In this document: positions 1 to 12,680 of the stretch, piece after piece
How positions within the stretch are numbered: position 1 is the first letter of the stretch
Layout: each line of letters opens with the position of its first letter
NCBI GenBank assembly: GCA_035221665.1
Contig: CM069132.1
Coordinates: 107,074,001 to 107,138,000 of the forward strand
DNA length: 64,000 bases
Reading direction: 5' to 3'
Source: Okamejei kenojei
Lineage: Eukaryota
Position numbers and translations under genes: made by a program
Notes under the pieces: generated by a model
Database searches by the model: none
Seen by the model: the letters and a program-made list of their open reading frames with translations, nothing else
What the model was told of the DNA's origin: nothing

Positions 1-167
1 GCATATCCTTTGCATGCAATGACTGCTTGAAGTCTACGATTCGTGGATATCACCAGTTGCTGGGTGTCTTCTCTGGTGATGCTCTGCCAGGCCAGTATTG
101 CAGCCATCTTTAGCTTATGCTTGTTTTGGGGGATAGTCCCCTTCAGTTTTTTCTTCAGCATATAAAA
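1..167 (-). mobile_element. Tc1/mariner transposon, distal transposase part (split from 3980-5183 by a LINE insertion)
   Basis: Ends ...cagcatataaaa and resumes as taaaaggcatgctcaatt near 3980, so it is contiguous once the intervening LINE is removed. Confidence 0.7.
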
Positions 168-616
168 GAATGAATGAATGAATGAATGAATGAATGAATG
201 AATGAATGCTTATTGGCCAAGTATTCACATACAAAGAATTTGCCTTGGTTCTCTGCCGCAATTGACAACATGACATACAGAGTCAGTTAGGAATGATACA
301 CAAAACATTAAACATTAATAATAAAACATTATTGATTAAACATGTGAATTAAATAAAATACCAGAACAAAAGGAGGCTACAGAATTTTGGTTATTGAGTA
401 GTGCTACTACTCGTGGAAAAAAGCTGTTTTTATGTTTGGCTGTGGCAGCTTTGGAGACGCCTTCCAGAGGAAAGTGATTCAAAGAGTTTGTGGCCGGGGT
501 GAGAGGGGTCAGAGATGATCTTACCCGCTTGCTTCCTGGCTCTTGCAGTGTACAGTTCATCAATGGAGCGAAGGTTGCAGCCAATAACCTTCTCAGCTGA
601 TCGGACGATTCACTGC
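168..616 (-). mobile_element. Rex1/Babar-like LINE, 3' part with (ATTC)n tail
   Basis: (TGAA)n at about 168-208 is the tail on the minus strand; remnant 'HKNSFFPRVVALLN' is typical of the Rex1-type ORF C-terminus; sequence continues after the LTR element at 2719. Confidence 0.75.
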
Positions 617-745
617 TGTTTCATTCCGGACGGCAAAATAAATAACAACTTACACGCTAGTTGCCTGGATCACGAGAGAGAGATTTATTACCCAACATTA
701 CCTGCTTATATTGAACACCATTAATATATGTATGAATACATTACA
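617..745 (-). repeat. 3' LTR of Gypsy-like element
   Basis: Direct repeat of 2575-2718, adjacent to the polypurine tract. Confidence 0.88.
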
Positions 746-2574
746 CTGCTCTCCTTTTTTTAAGTATTAAATCTAAGTACCCAGTTACAATTTTGCTGTT
801 GTGATACTTGATTTAAACCAGTATTCATGAAATCTTAAATGATAAACATAATATATTTCTTTTCCATATCTACACATTTTTGTTTTACTTGTGCAGTGAT
901 TTACTTAACTTTCAAACCTAATCTGACTACTGGTTTACGGATCCTGCCTGATCGTCTAACAGTAACAGGTGTAACAGGTTTATGTGTTGACTCAACTGTT
1001 GGCTTGTTTGGCTCTGTTTTAGTACCCTGACTTTGACCAGAGGAATCTGTTTCTTTGTCTGTACTAACTGAACTTTGTGTTTCAATCACAGTGGTCTCTT
1101 CCAACTCACTTTCAGATAAAAACTCAGGGATTAGGACTTAATGCTGAGTTTTTGGTTCATCTTTGGCTGGAATCATTTGATCAACATGAACATTTTTGAT
1201 CCTATCTCCAACTTCAACTAAGTATCTTTTTGTTCCACACACTTCCACTATTTTCCCAACATTCCATTTGTCTCAACTGGACTTGTTGGGTGGACTGAGA
1301 ACACAAACCTGCTCATCTGGCTTGAAGTACCTCTCTGACAACTGTTTTTGCTCAACTCTCAAGGCCAAATTGGGTTGAACTAGACAGGCGTATTTTTAGC
1401 CTTCTCTTCATCAACAGTTCTGCAGGTGAGTAATCTGTTGTGTGCTGTGTGGTTTTGTACTTCAGCAAGAAACTAGCCAAACAATGTTTCGTGCTGAGCT
1501 TTGAACTACCCTGCAACACCTGCTTCTTAAGAGCATCTTTGACAATTCTAACAGACCTTTCCGCCGCCCCGTTGCAGGCTGGATCATATGGGGGAACAAG
1601 TGTGTGTTTTACATTCTTTGATGCCATCTGCATTGTGGTAGCAATCTTGCATGCTTTCTCGAATGTAAGATCTGGAGTGTTCATGAGTTTGGACTGAATT
1701 CATTCATCCACTAGACCACAAACAAATCTGTCACGTAGTGCGCATCCGAGAAAGGTTCCAAAGTTACTATGCAAGGTTATGTTTTTCAAGGCAACAATGT
1801 ACTAGTTGATTGTCTCATTCTGCTTCTGGTTTCTAGTGCCAAATTTATAGCATTCTGCAAGTTCCAGAGGCTTTGGGTTGAAATGCTCCTCCAACTTCTT
1901 CATAATGTCTTTGAATAGCATGTCTTTTGCCTTTATGGGCGCAAGGTTCACGAGTGTGCCGTGCACTTCAGGACCGATCTCCATGAGCAGAATCGTTTCC
2001 ATGAGTTCGCAAATGGCCTTATTTGTTTCAGTCACTATCTCCCTCTCACCAATAATCTCCATTATGTTGTTTGCTGTGAAAAACATGTTTGCTCTCTCCA
2101 TACAGGAGCTGAACGGCTCTCTACTCTTGTCAAAAGTGCCAAGGTTTCCGATGTAGCCTGTGGACGCTGCCATCGTGTCATTCTCTTTTTTTTTAAAAAT
2201 TCCGTTAAAAAAACACCGATTTCCTTTCTGTTCTGATTTAACGATTCATCCAAAACCTAGCTGTACAAAGGCTATTCAGCTTGAGGAACTTGATAAAAAA
2301 ACATCTTATACAATCCCAAGGATGGCATCTTGCCACGCAGACACAACATAGAGATAGCCTGACAAACTCTCGACGATTTTTCCAGCTGCTGTTTTAAACT
2401 ACAGTCCCCTGCATAGAAGGATCTGCGGCCTATCATGTCCAGCTCGCAAATAACTGTGACACAACTCCGTATTAACTGTTTAAAATGTTAAACAATACTG
2501 CATGTTGCAAAACAGTCCTGCACTGTATTTCAAGGATGAGTTCACAAACTCTATCCCATCATCGTCGCCAATTT

Positions 2575-2718
2575 TGTTATGTTCCGGATGGCAGAATGAA
2601 TAACAACTTACACGCTGATGTCATGGATCAGGAGAGAGAGATTTATTACCCAACATTCCCTGCTTATATTGAACACCAACTCATTAACATATACATGAAT
2701 ATGTATGAATACATTACA
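2575..2718 (-). repeat. 5' LTR of Gypsy-like element
   Basis: Direct repeat of 617-745, adjacent to the PBS-like motif. Confidence 0.88.
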
Positions 2719-3960
2719 GCTGCAGCCTCCGGATGTCATGCTTGGTGGCTGAGCCAAACCAGACCTTGATGGAAAAGGTGTGGACAGACTTTACGATGGC
2801 CGCATAGAATTGGACAATCATTGCCTGTGGCAGATTGTGCTGCCTCAGCTGCCGCAGGAAGTACATCCTCTGTTGTGCCTTTTGACTGTTGAGTAGATGG
2901 TAGCCCCCCCACTTAAGATCCTTGGAGATATGGTTCCCAGGAACTTAAAAGACTCCACAGATGTGACTAGTGTTGTTGATGATGAGTGGGGTGAGGGGGG
3001 CGCTCCTAAAGTCCACTATCAATTCCACTGTCTTAAGAGCATTGAGCTCCAGGTTGTTGCGATGGCACCAGGACGCCAGCTGTGTCACTTCCTGTCTGTA
3101 GGCAGATTCCTCCCCTTCCTGGATCAGTCCAATCAGGGTTATGTCATCCGCAAACTTGAGAAGCTTGACAGAGGAGTCAGTGGAGGTGCAGTCGTTGGTG
3201 TAGAGAGAGTAGAGAAGAGGGGAGAGCACGCAGTCTTGCGGTGCTCCTATGCTGAGGGTTTGTGGGTCCGAGATGTGCTTTCCCAGCCTCACATGCTGCT
3301 TCCTGTCTGTCAGGAAGCTGGTGATCCACCGACAGAGGGGTTCAGGCACAGTCAACTCGGAAAGTTTGTCCTGTTGTAGCTCTGGCACAATGGTGTTGAA
3401 TGCAGAGCTAAAATCAACAAACAAAATCCTCGCATAGGTCCCCTGGTGGGCTAGTTCCTGGAGAATGAAGTGCAAGCCCAGGTTGATTGCGTCATCCACA
3501 GATCTATTGGCCTGACATGCAAACTGCAGATGGTCCAGCAGGGGGTCTGTAATATTTTTCAGCTTGGCCAGCACAAGCCATTCAAGGGTCCTCAAGACTA
3601 CAGAGGTCAGTGCGACAGTCATTAAGACCAGTAATCCTTGCCTTTTTGGGTAAAGGGACAATAGTGGAGGCTTTGAAGCAGGCAGGGACAGTACAGGTTT
3701 GTAGGGACTAGTTGAAAATGTCTGTGTGGACCAGTGCCAGTTGTTCGGCAAAGAGCTTGAGAGTAGAGGGGGAAACATATTCCGGTCCCGGAGATTTCCA
3801 GCTCTTCGGTCTTCTGAACAGCCTCTCCACCTCCTTTTATTGTTGACGACGGAGAAATGATGTTGTGCAGCACGGAGGAGATGGGTAATTGGGTGGTGAT
3901 TGGAGAGGGGTGGGTGGGAAATGGTCCAGTCTTTTCAGTCTTTGCTTAAGTCTGGAGTCA
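2719..3960 (-). mobile_element. Rex1/Babar-like LINE reverse transcriptase region (continuation of 168-616)
   Basis: ORF 2945-3778 contains RILFVDFSSAFNTI, GAPQDCVLSPLLYSLYTNDC, KFADD and WCHRNNLELNALKT. Confidence 0.88.
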
Positions 3961-3979
3961 TGCTTTAAAAGGCATGCTT

Positions 3980-5183
3980 AAAAGGCATGCTCAATTAGGT
4001 TCAGATCAGGTGATTGACTTGGCCACACAAGAATTTACAATTGTTTAGCTTTGATGTTAACAGTATGTTTGGGATAATTGTCTTGCTGTAGAATGAACCA
4101 CAGGTTAATGAGTTTTGAGGCATTTGTTTGAACTTGAGCAGATAGGATGTATCTCTACACTTCAGAATTCATTATGCTACTACCATCAGCAGTTGTACCA
4201 TCAATGAAGATAAAGTGAGCCAGTATCGTCAGCAGCCATACATTGCCCAGGCCATAACACCCCACCACCGTGTTTCACAGATGAGGTGGTAAGCTTTGGA
4301 TCTTGGGCAGTTCCTTCTCCCCTCTATACTTTACTCCTGCCATCACTCTGATATAAGTTCATCTTCGTCTCATCTGTCCACAAGACCTTTTTTTCCAGAA
4401 CTGTGGTTGCTCTTTGAAGTACTTCTTGGCAAACTGTAACCTGGCCACCCTATTTTTGCGGCTAACCAGTGGTTTGCATCTTGCAGTGTAGCCTCTGTAT
4501 TTCTGTTCATGAAGTCTTCAGCGGACAGTGGTCATTGACAAATCCACACCTGTCTCCTGAAAAGTGTTTATGATCTGTGGGACATGTGACTGGGGATTTT
4601 TATAGAGAGAATTCTTCAGTTATCAGCTGTGGAGGTCTTCCTTGGCCTGCCAGTCCCTTTGCAAGTAGTAAGCACATCAGTGCTCTCTTTCTTCTTAATG
4701 ATGTTCCAAACAGTTGATTTTGGTAAGCCTAAGGTTTGGCTGGTGTCTCTAACAGTTTTATTCTTGTTTCTCAGCCTCATAATGGCTTCATTGAGTTTCA
4801 TTGGCATAACTTTGGTCCTCATGTTGATAAACAGCAATAAAAGTTTCCAAAGGTGATGGAAAGACTGGTGGAAAGACTAGGTGCTGAGAGCTCCCTTATA
4901 CCTGCATTAAGGAGGCATTTAAACACACCTGAGCGATTGCAAATGCCCGTGATGACATGTGTCCTAAACAATATGGTGCCCTGAAATGGGAGGACTATAT
5001 ATAAACACAGCTGTAATTTCTACATGGTGATACCTAAATGTATAAAAATGGCCTTTAATAAAAGCTGACAATGTGCACTTTAACCACATGGGATTTTTTT
5101 TCGATTACAGATCTCAAATTGTGGAGTACAGAGGCAAATAAATAAATGATGGGTCTTTGTCCCAAACATTATGGAGGGCACTG
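3980..5183 (-). mobile_element. Tc1-like DNA transposon, 5' part with IR/DR-type terminal repeat
   Basis: Paired-like HTH and GRPRKT motif (ORF 4616-4837); terminus CAGTGCCCTCCATAATGTTTGGGACA on the minus strand abutting TA at 5184-5185; inner repeat tgtcctaaacaatatggtgccctg near 4960. Confidence 0.88.
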
Positions 5184-5819
5184 TATTTGCCAAAAGTTGC
5201 GTTATCTGCCTGAATATTCTCATGAATAGATAGTCAAAATATGATGAGCATTTCTATTCAGTTATAACAATCATGTTATAAACCTGAAATGAGAATGGAC
5301 TGAATTAATGCTTTAAAAACGAAGCATAAATGGTGTAAATATTTATAATGGGAAAAACTTGCCTGACATGATTAGTTAATGGACCAATGACCAAAAACTT
5401 GTGCCATTATCTTTTCAGAACTAGCACTTTTAAGACTTAAACAGTTATTTAAACAAAGCAAATTTTCTATATTACAGTTATTTAAACAAAGCAAAATATT
5501 GCTTGGTTCAGAATCCCATGAAGAACTTTACCAATTATATAACCTTTTCAACATTTAAATTGCAGTTTTCACTTTCATGTACCCAACATATTAAAAATCG
5601 ATGCTTCAACAAACAATTTCATTTTCTGACAGCTGAGATGTCGCTGAATTAAGAATCTTTAGCTGCGTCAGAGTTTGCTTGCATTATATTCCAAAAAGGT
5701 TTGAAAGAAACTAGGATCTCAAAGTTTATTACAGGCAAGTAATATAGAAAATGCTCTTTTCATTATGAATTGTGAAATCAGAACATATTTTTAATTATCA
5801 ATGGCTGTCATAGTTTCTT

Positions 5820-6180
5820 TAGAATAATAAATTACAGGAACATGTCCAATAGCCCACAATGTCCATGCCGAACATGGTACGTAGTTAAACTAATCTCCTC
5901 TGTATGCACATGATCCATATCCCTCAATTCCCACCATATCCCTCCACGTCTCTTAAATGCCCCTATCGTACCTGCCTCCACCACCATCCCTGACAGCACA
6001 TTCCAAGCATCTGCTACTCTCAGTGCAGAAAAAAAACATTCCGCTCACCTTAAAACTATGCCCCCTATCTTTGACATTTCTACCCTGAGATAAAGTTTCT
6101 GTCTACCTTCCTACGCCTCTCATAATCTTTTATGCTTCTACCAGGTCTTCCCTCAACTTCCAACAATCCAGAGAAAAATT
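5820..6180 (-). mobile_element. Old CR1-type LINE 3' end fragment
   Basis: Degenerate similarity to the CR1 3' region seen elsewhere in the window (cctgcctccaccacc, cataatcttttatgcttcta). Confidence 0.55.
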
Positions 6181-6690
6181 ATCTTATTATTTGGTCTAGG
6201 TAAAGATGATGAATATCCTGGAGGTACAAGTTTGACCATCTTGAACATGCTCATTGCTTAGCAAACGTCACTTGCCACTTAACAGCCCAGGGTTGAATGT
6301 TGTCCAGATCTTGTTACACACAGGGATGGTCAGCTACATTATCTGAGCAGCTACAGATAGAACTGAACACTGCAAGAATCTAAGGCACACCTTATGGTGA
6401 GGGAAGATGGAACATCTGAGGATTGTTTGGCTCGCGGTTCTTTTCCAAGGTTATTGTTTAACAATTTTGTGCTGGATATAACTTCAGCTACTGGAGCGAT
6501 TTCTCATTTTGTTTACAGTTTTACAAGGGATCAAAATTGTTGTCAAATGCTGCATTGTTTCCAACTTCACCTGTGGAATTTACCTCTGATTCTTCTGTCC
6601 ATATTTGAACCTAAAGCTATGAGTTCTGAAAACGAGTAGGAAGAAACTGCAAATGCTGATGAAGGGTCTTGACCCAAAACATCACCTATT

Positions 6691-7447
6691 GGGCCTGTCC
6701 CACTTAGGCGATTTTTCAGCGGACTGCCGGTGACTGTCAAGTTGCCGGCAGTCACCTGAAAAACCAGGAACTGGAACGGCGACTGTCAGAGTAGAACACA
6801 CACACACAAACACATCGCAAAGGCGGGGGCCAGGGCAAGGGGGGGGGGGGGGGGGGGGGGGGGCGCCATCTGAAATTCACACGATGCAAAGCCAAGGTGA
6901 TACAGACACACACCGTGATGAACAGGAAGGTTGGCGCTGTAATTAAGACGGCTAGCACAGTGTACGGTAAGTCCTTTAAAAGATGGAGGGAGGGGGGAGA
7001 AGGAGTGGAGACAACTTTTAAGAATCCAGACAACTTTTAATAAGCCAAAGATACACAGCTGTGAAGTTCGACGGACATTACCAGTCGGTTATCCTTGATT
7101 CTGAAAACTCCTGCTTATGTTTTTTTCCCCCAATGAGCCAATGAAAATGACCGGTCAGCAAAGGCGATTAAATAAAACTACCTACGACTACCTCGACTAC
7201 CTACAACTAATTGGCGACCCCACTACCACTGCATCTACGACTACAGGATTATCGATTATATCCATGGCGATCAATGTTGAAAAATTTGCGGCGACCATAC
7301 TGAGGCCGCGACTAGTTCCCAGAATGCGGGAACTCCTCGCGACCGTGAAGGAAACTCACCAGAGACCACCAGCGACCATGTGGCGACCATGTGGCAAGCG
7401 CAGAATCTCAAGCACTCGCCTAAAATTCACCTAAGTGGGACAGGTCC
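6691..7447. mobile_element. PIF/Harbinger-like non-autonomous MITE inserted in a PLE-LTR fragment
   Basis: TIRs gggcctgtcccacttagg / cctaagtgggacaggtcc; no transposase; flanks rejoin as a PLE-LTR piece (6640-6690 and 7448-7505). Confidence 0.75.
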
Positions 7448-7559
7448 ATATTTCTCGAGAGATGTTGCCTGACCTGCTGAGTTGCTCCAGCACTTTGTGT
7501 CTATCCTGGTTCTGGAATTGAATTGGCCTGGTGAAACGAAAAGTGAATGTTAGTGTGTA

Positions 7560-7683
7560 GGTAGACAAAAATGCTGGAGAAATAGCGGGTAAGGCAGCAT
7601 CTATGGAGCGAAGGAAATTTTCCTTTGCTCCAGCAATTTTGTCTACCTTCGATTTTCCAGCATCTGCAGTTCCTTCTTAAACG
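7560..7683. mobile_element. Short palindromic PLE-LTR-derived cassette (hammerhead core deleted)
   Basis: gtagacaaaaatgctggag ... ctccagcaattttgtctac inverted arms; gtgtgtaggt repeated on both flanks. Confidence 0.6.
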
Positions 7684-8954
7684 TTTGTGTGTAGGTTATT
7701 GGTGAGCAGGGACTGCTTGATAATGACACCATCCATAATTAGATTAGATTGGTTTATTGTCATATACACATGAAGTCAATGAAATTCCCTTTGCTTTATT
7801 GCTATGTTGTTGGTTGACAATTAACTGAGGCAGTAAAGACTGTACTGTTATTAGACGATGTACATTTTGTGGATAAGGTGTACTTTGACAATACTTTCCA
7901 TTTGCTAGGCAAATATTAGCATTGCAATTTTAATGTAACAATGTAGATGGAGGGATGGCAAGTTCTTGAGCCAATATCTTTATTCTTAGAATTTGTATAC
8001 TACCTTTTCAATCAGCCTTTGCAATATTCAACTGTTGTTCAACTGTTTACTGATATCAAGTGAAGTAACTTGGATGATAGGGACCTTGGAAGTAATATCT
8101 GAGCGATCATGCACTTGGCACTTCTAACAGAAGATGGTTGAAATGGTTCAACCTTTTTTTTTGCACTGATACATTAGGTTTTGCTGTTATTAAAGTTATG
8201 AATACTCATGAAATCTATGATTTGTGGTGTATTGCCCACCACTATTTCAGCTATTAAACTGGGGTTATGGTGAAAAGGCAGGAGAATGGGGTTAGGAGGG
8301 AGAGATAGATTAACCGTGATTGAATGGTGGAGTAGGCTTGAAGGGCCCATTTGGCCTAATTCTGCTCCTTTCACTTATGACCTTGTGATAAATATTGTGC
8401 AAATACCTGCCTCCACCATCTTCTCAGGCAGTACATTCCAGATTGCAACCATCACAACCCCCCCACCCCCAGATTATCCTCTGCTCTAAGGAAAGCAAAC
8501 CCAAACTCTACAGCCACTCTTCACAACTGAAATGGTCCAGTCCAGACAACATCCTGGTGAAAGAAATGACACAAAGTACTGGAGTGAATGTTTTGGTTCG
8601 GGACCCTTTGGCACCAGCATCTGCTTGTTCCTTTTATGCGTCATTTATCCATTTTCGCCAGAGATGCTGCCTGACCTGCTGAGTTACTCCAGTACTTTGT
8701 ATCTTTGTTTTTGTACACCAGTACCTGCAGTTCCTTGTGTCTCCGATATTCTGGTGGATCTCCACAGCATTTCTCTGTGGATTGCATCCTTCCTGTGAAG
8801 TGACAACTTAAAATATGAACATTACTCCAGTTGTCGCCTATTTAAGGTTTTATAAGATCATGTTTTTAAATTCTACATCCAGGCTAAAGATGGCAAGTAT
8901 CCTGCATGCCTTCTTTACCACGTTATTTTCCTGTGGGGTCATATTCAGGGATGG

Positions 8955-9115
8955 AGGAGAAACCAAGAACTGCAGATGCTGGTTTACAAAAAAAGGTCAC
9001 AAAGTCTGGAGTAACTCAGTGGGACAGGCAGTGAAATGAGTAGGTGATGTTTCGGGTCAGGATCCTTCTTCAGACTGAATATGGTGGGGGGGGAGGAGAA
9101 AGCTGGAAGCAAGGA
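8955..9115 (-). mobile_element. PLE-LTR fragment with hammerhead-like core at 9044-9077
   Basis: Minus strand reads cagtCTGAAGAaggatcctgacccGAAAcATC. Confidence 0.7.
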
Positions 9116-9129
9116 CCCACATTTTTCCA

Positions 9130-11154
9130 TCATCCCAGTTTGGCAAAAGAATAAATCAGGGAAGGTAGTGCATCCGTGGATAACAAGGGAAATCATGGAT
9201 AGTATCAAAACAAAAGATGAAGCATACAAATTAGCCAGATAAAGCAGCCTACCAGAGGACTGGGAGAAATTCAGAGTCCAGCAGAGGAGGACAAAGGGCT
9301 TAATTAGGGAAGGGAAAATAGATTATGAAATAATACTGGCAGGGAACATAAAAACTGACTGCAAAAGTTATTATAGATATGTGAAGAGAAAAAGATTAGT
9401 TAAAACAAATGGAGGTCCCTTGCAGTCAGAAACATGTGAATTGATCATGGGGAACAAGGACATGGCAGACCAATTGAAGACATAAATAATCTACAGGAAA
9501 TAGCAGGGGACCGGGGTTCAAATCCAGGTTAGTCAGGATGTGGTGTTAGGCAAATTGAATGGATTAAAAGCCGATAAATCCCCAGGGCCAGATAGGCTGC
9601 ATCCCAGAGTACTTAAGGAAGTAGCCCCAGAAATAGCGGATGCATTAGTGAAAATTTTTCAAAACTCTTTTGATTCTGAAGTAGTTCCTGAGGATTGGAG
9701 GGTAGCTAATGTAACTACACTTTTTAAAAAGGGAGGGAGAGAGAAAACGGGGAATTACAGACCAGTTAGTCTAACATCAGTAGTGGGGAAAATGCTAGAG
9801 TCAGTTATTAAAGATGGGATAGCAGCACATTTGGAAAGTGGTGAAATCATTGGACAAAGTCAGCATGGATTTATAAAAGGTAAATCATGTATGACGAATC
9901 TTATAGAATTTTTCGAGGATGTAACAAGTAGAGTGGATAAGGGAGAACCAATGGATGTGTTATACCTGGAGTTTCAGAAGGCTTTCGACAAGGTCCCACA
10001 TAAGAGATTAGTATGCAAACTTAAAGCACACAGTATTGGGGGTTCAGTATTGATGTGAATAGAGAACTGGCTGGCAGACAGGAAGCAAAGAGTAGGAATA
10101 AACGGGTCCATTTCAGAATGGAAGGCAGAGACTAGTGGGGTACCGTAAGGCTCAGTGCTGGGACCCCAGCTATTTACAATATATATTAATGATTTGGACG
10201 AGGGAATTGAATGCAACATCTCCAATTTTGTGGATGACACAAAGCTGGGCGCAGTGTTAGCTGTAAGGAGGATGCTAGGAGGCTGCAAGGTGACTTGGAT
10301 AGATTGGGTGAGTGGGCAAATGCATGGCAGATGCAGTATAATGTGGATAAATGTGAGGTTATCCACTTTCGTAGGAAGAACAGGAAATTAGACTATTATC
10401 TGAATGGCGGCCGATTAGGAAAAGGGTAGATGCAACGAAACCTGGGTGTCATGGTACGCCAGTCATTGAAAGTAGGCATGCAGGTGCAGCAGGCAGTGAT
10501 GAAAGCGAATGGTATGTTAGCATTCACAGTGAAAGGATTTGAGTATAGGAGCAGGGAGGTTCTGCTTCAGTTGTACAGGGCCTTGGTGAGACCACACCTG
10601 GAGTATTGTGTACAGTTTTGGTCTCCTAATCTGAGAAAATACATTCTTGCCATACAGGGAGTACAGAGAAGGTTCACCAGACTGATTCCTGGGATGGCAG
10701 GACTTTCATATGAAGAAAAACTGGATAGACTAGGCTTATACTCGCTAGAATTTAGAAGATTGAGGGGGGATCTTATAGAAACTTACAAAATTCTTAAGGG
10801 GTTGGACAGGCTAGATGCAGGAAGATTGTTCCCGGTGTTGGGAAGTCCAGAACATGGGGTCACAGTTTAAGGATAAGGGGGAAGTTTTTTAGGACCGAGA
10901 TGAGAAAAACATTTTTTACACAGAGAGTGGTGAATCTGTGGAATTCTCTGCCACAGAAGGTAGTTGGGACCAGTTCATTGGCTATATTTAAGAGGGAGTT
11001 AGATGTGGCCCTTGTGGCTAGAGGGATCAGGGGGTATGGAGAGAAGGCAGGTACAGGATACTGAGTTGGATGATCAGCCATGATCATAGCGAATGGCGGT
11101 GCAGGCTCGAAGGGCCGAATGGCCTACTCCTGCACCTATTTTCTATGTTTCTAT
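9130..11154 (+). mobile_element. CR1-clade LINE, 5'-truncated, with stops and frameshifts
   Basis: [71 protein letters not shown]; 3' tail cctattttctatgtttctat. Confidence 0.95.
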
Positions 11155-12487
11155 TTCATAACTTTTGTTAATTTTCTCCCTCTCTAATTGCCCCCATTAA
11201 TCCGTTGATCAGATAACTATCTCAACATGACGACTGGACAGGTTCATGGATAGAAAATTTTCAGAGGGAGGGATATGGACCAATTGCAATCAAATGGGAC
11301 TAATGGGGCACTTTGGTCGGTATGGACAAGTTGGGCCAAAGGGCCTGTTTCTCTTTGAGCAACACCAGAGAAGATCAAAAACATTTTAAAAATACTTGAA
11401 AAGTGGTATTTCTAATATGTTAATTTTTCTTTCCCTTTACATTAAAGCATATTTTTTAAGAAAAGCAAGTTTTTTATTAGTCATCAGGTTGTGGATGTGA
11501 GCATCATTATTTAGATTTTTTCATTTTCTCTTCTTACAGAATCCTTAGCTTATCGCTCTAATATTCATACAATTATTTTGTTTGACAACTGCAGGAGGTA
11601 TTATCTATGTTGGTAATTCTGTCACTTACATCACAGTACTTAAAATGTGGTGACTCAATCAAAATAAATGTCATTGCATGAATGAAGATACAAATGTTGC
11701 TGACTTTTGGTATTCACTATAATGTACAAATCTGAGCTTTCCTGAGATTGACCTGAATTATTGTCAAAAGGTTAATATTTTCTATATTTCTGTTTGAAAT
11801 ATCATTCCAACAGTGAAAGCATCTAAAAAATTAATGGAAGAATCTAAAAATATCCTACTTTAGCATCAGAGAATAATAAATGGATTACACCGTATATTAG
11901 GTTGCTGGATGAGCTGTTTTGAGAAGGAAGGTGTGTTGTATTCATCGACGATATCTTCAGAATCCTAATTTTAAATATAATGTACCATGTTTGACTTTAT
12001 TTCCACATATTTATCCCAAAATAAAACCCAAGAATCCCAAAGTTTCCCACTAGCATAATTTCCTCAGAAAGCAAGCACATCTGTGCATTTGACTTTATTA
12101 AAGAGGGCATAGTTGTCTAGGCTGACTATTATTATGGAATTGTGACAAAAGAAGAACCAGAATGAGTCGTTGGCATATTTACTCATCATTTTCCCATGCC
12201 ATTTATCCTTCATTCACCTTCCAATCTAATCTTAATCAATATTTCAGCATCTTTTTTCCAGATCCCTTTCCCTCTGCTTGATGAAACCTCTCTTGCCGCA
12301 TTTTCTAAATACTTTGTGTGTTCAATATGTTGCTAGATTGTCTTATTTTAGATTATACTTTTATTGGAAACAGTTTCTCCGATTCTGGAGAGAATGCGCG
12401 ATTCTTCACCATGTAGAACCTTATCTAACCAATGATTTTGATTATCTGCAACATTAGCAATTGATTTAAAATTAGATTGTTTTTGAA

Positions 12488-12590
12488 GAGTCTGAAGAAG
12501 GGTCTCGACCCGAAACGCACCTATTCCTTCTCTCCAGAGATGCTGCCTTTATACTGTCCCGCTACTCCTGCTTTTTGTGTCTATCTTTTG
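12488..12590 (+). mobile_element. PLE-LTR fragment with hammerhead-like core at 12492-12520
   Basis: CTGAAGAagggtctcgacccGAAAcgcacc followed by the ttctctccagagatgctgcc LTR sequence. Confidence 0.7.
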
Positions 12591-12680
12591 TTTTGAAGTT
12601 ATTTGTTTATAAAATTGGGGCTGTGTGTTCAGCTGATTTTACTGTCACTTTATGCTCTCCCAGCTCCTCTAGCCTTTCAA

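Larger units (their letters stand above)
617..2718 (-). mobile_element. Internally deleted Ty3/Gypsy-like LTR retrotransposon
   Basis: Direct LTRs 617-745 and 2575-2718 with TG...CA ends; PBS-like TGGCGACGAT (minus strand, about 2561-2570); polypurine tract 746-761; gag-like ORF 1802-2173; integrase remnant PPYDPACNGAAERSVRIVK; probable 5-bp TSD actgc/gctgc. Confidence 0.88.

Noticed and set aside
6839-6863. 25-nt poly(G) run as a functional G-quadruplex
   Set aside because: Lies inside a MITE; homopolymer length is unreliable and nothing supports function
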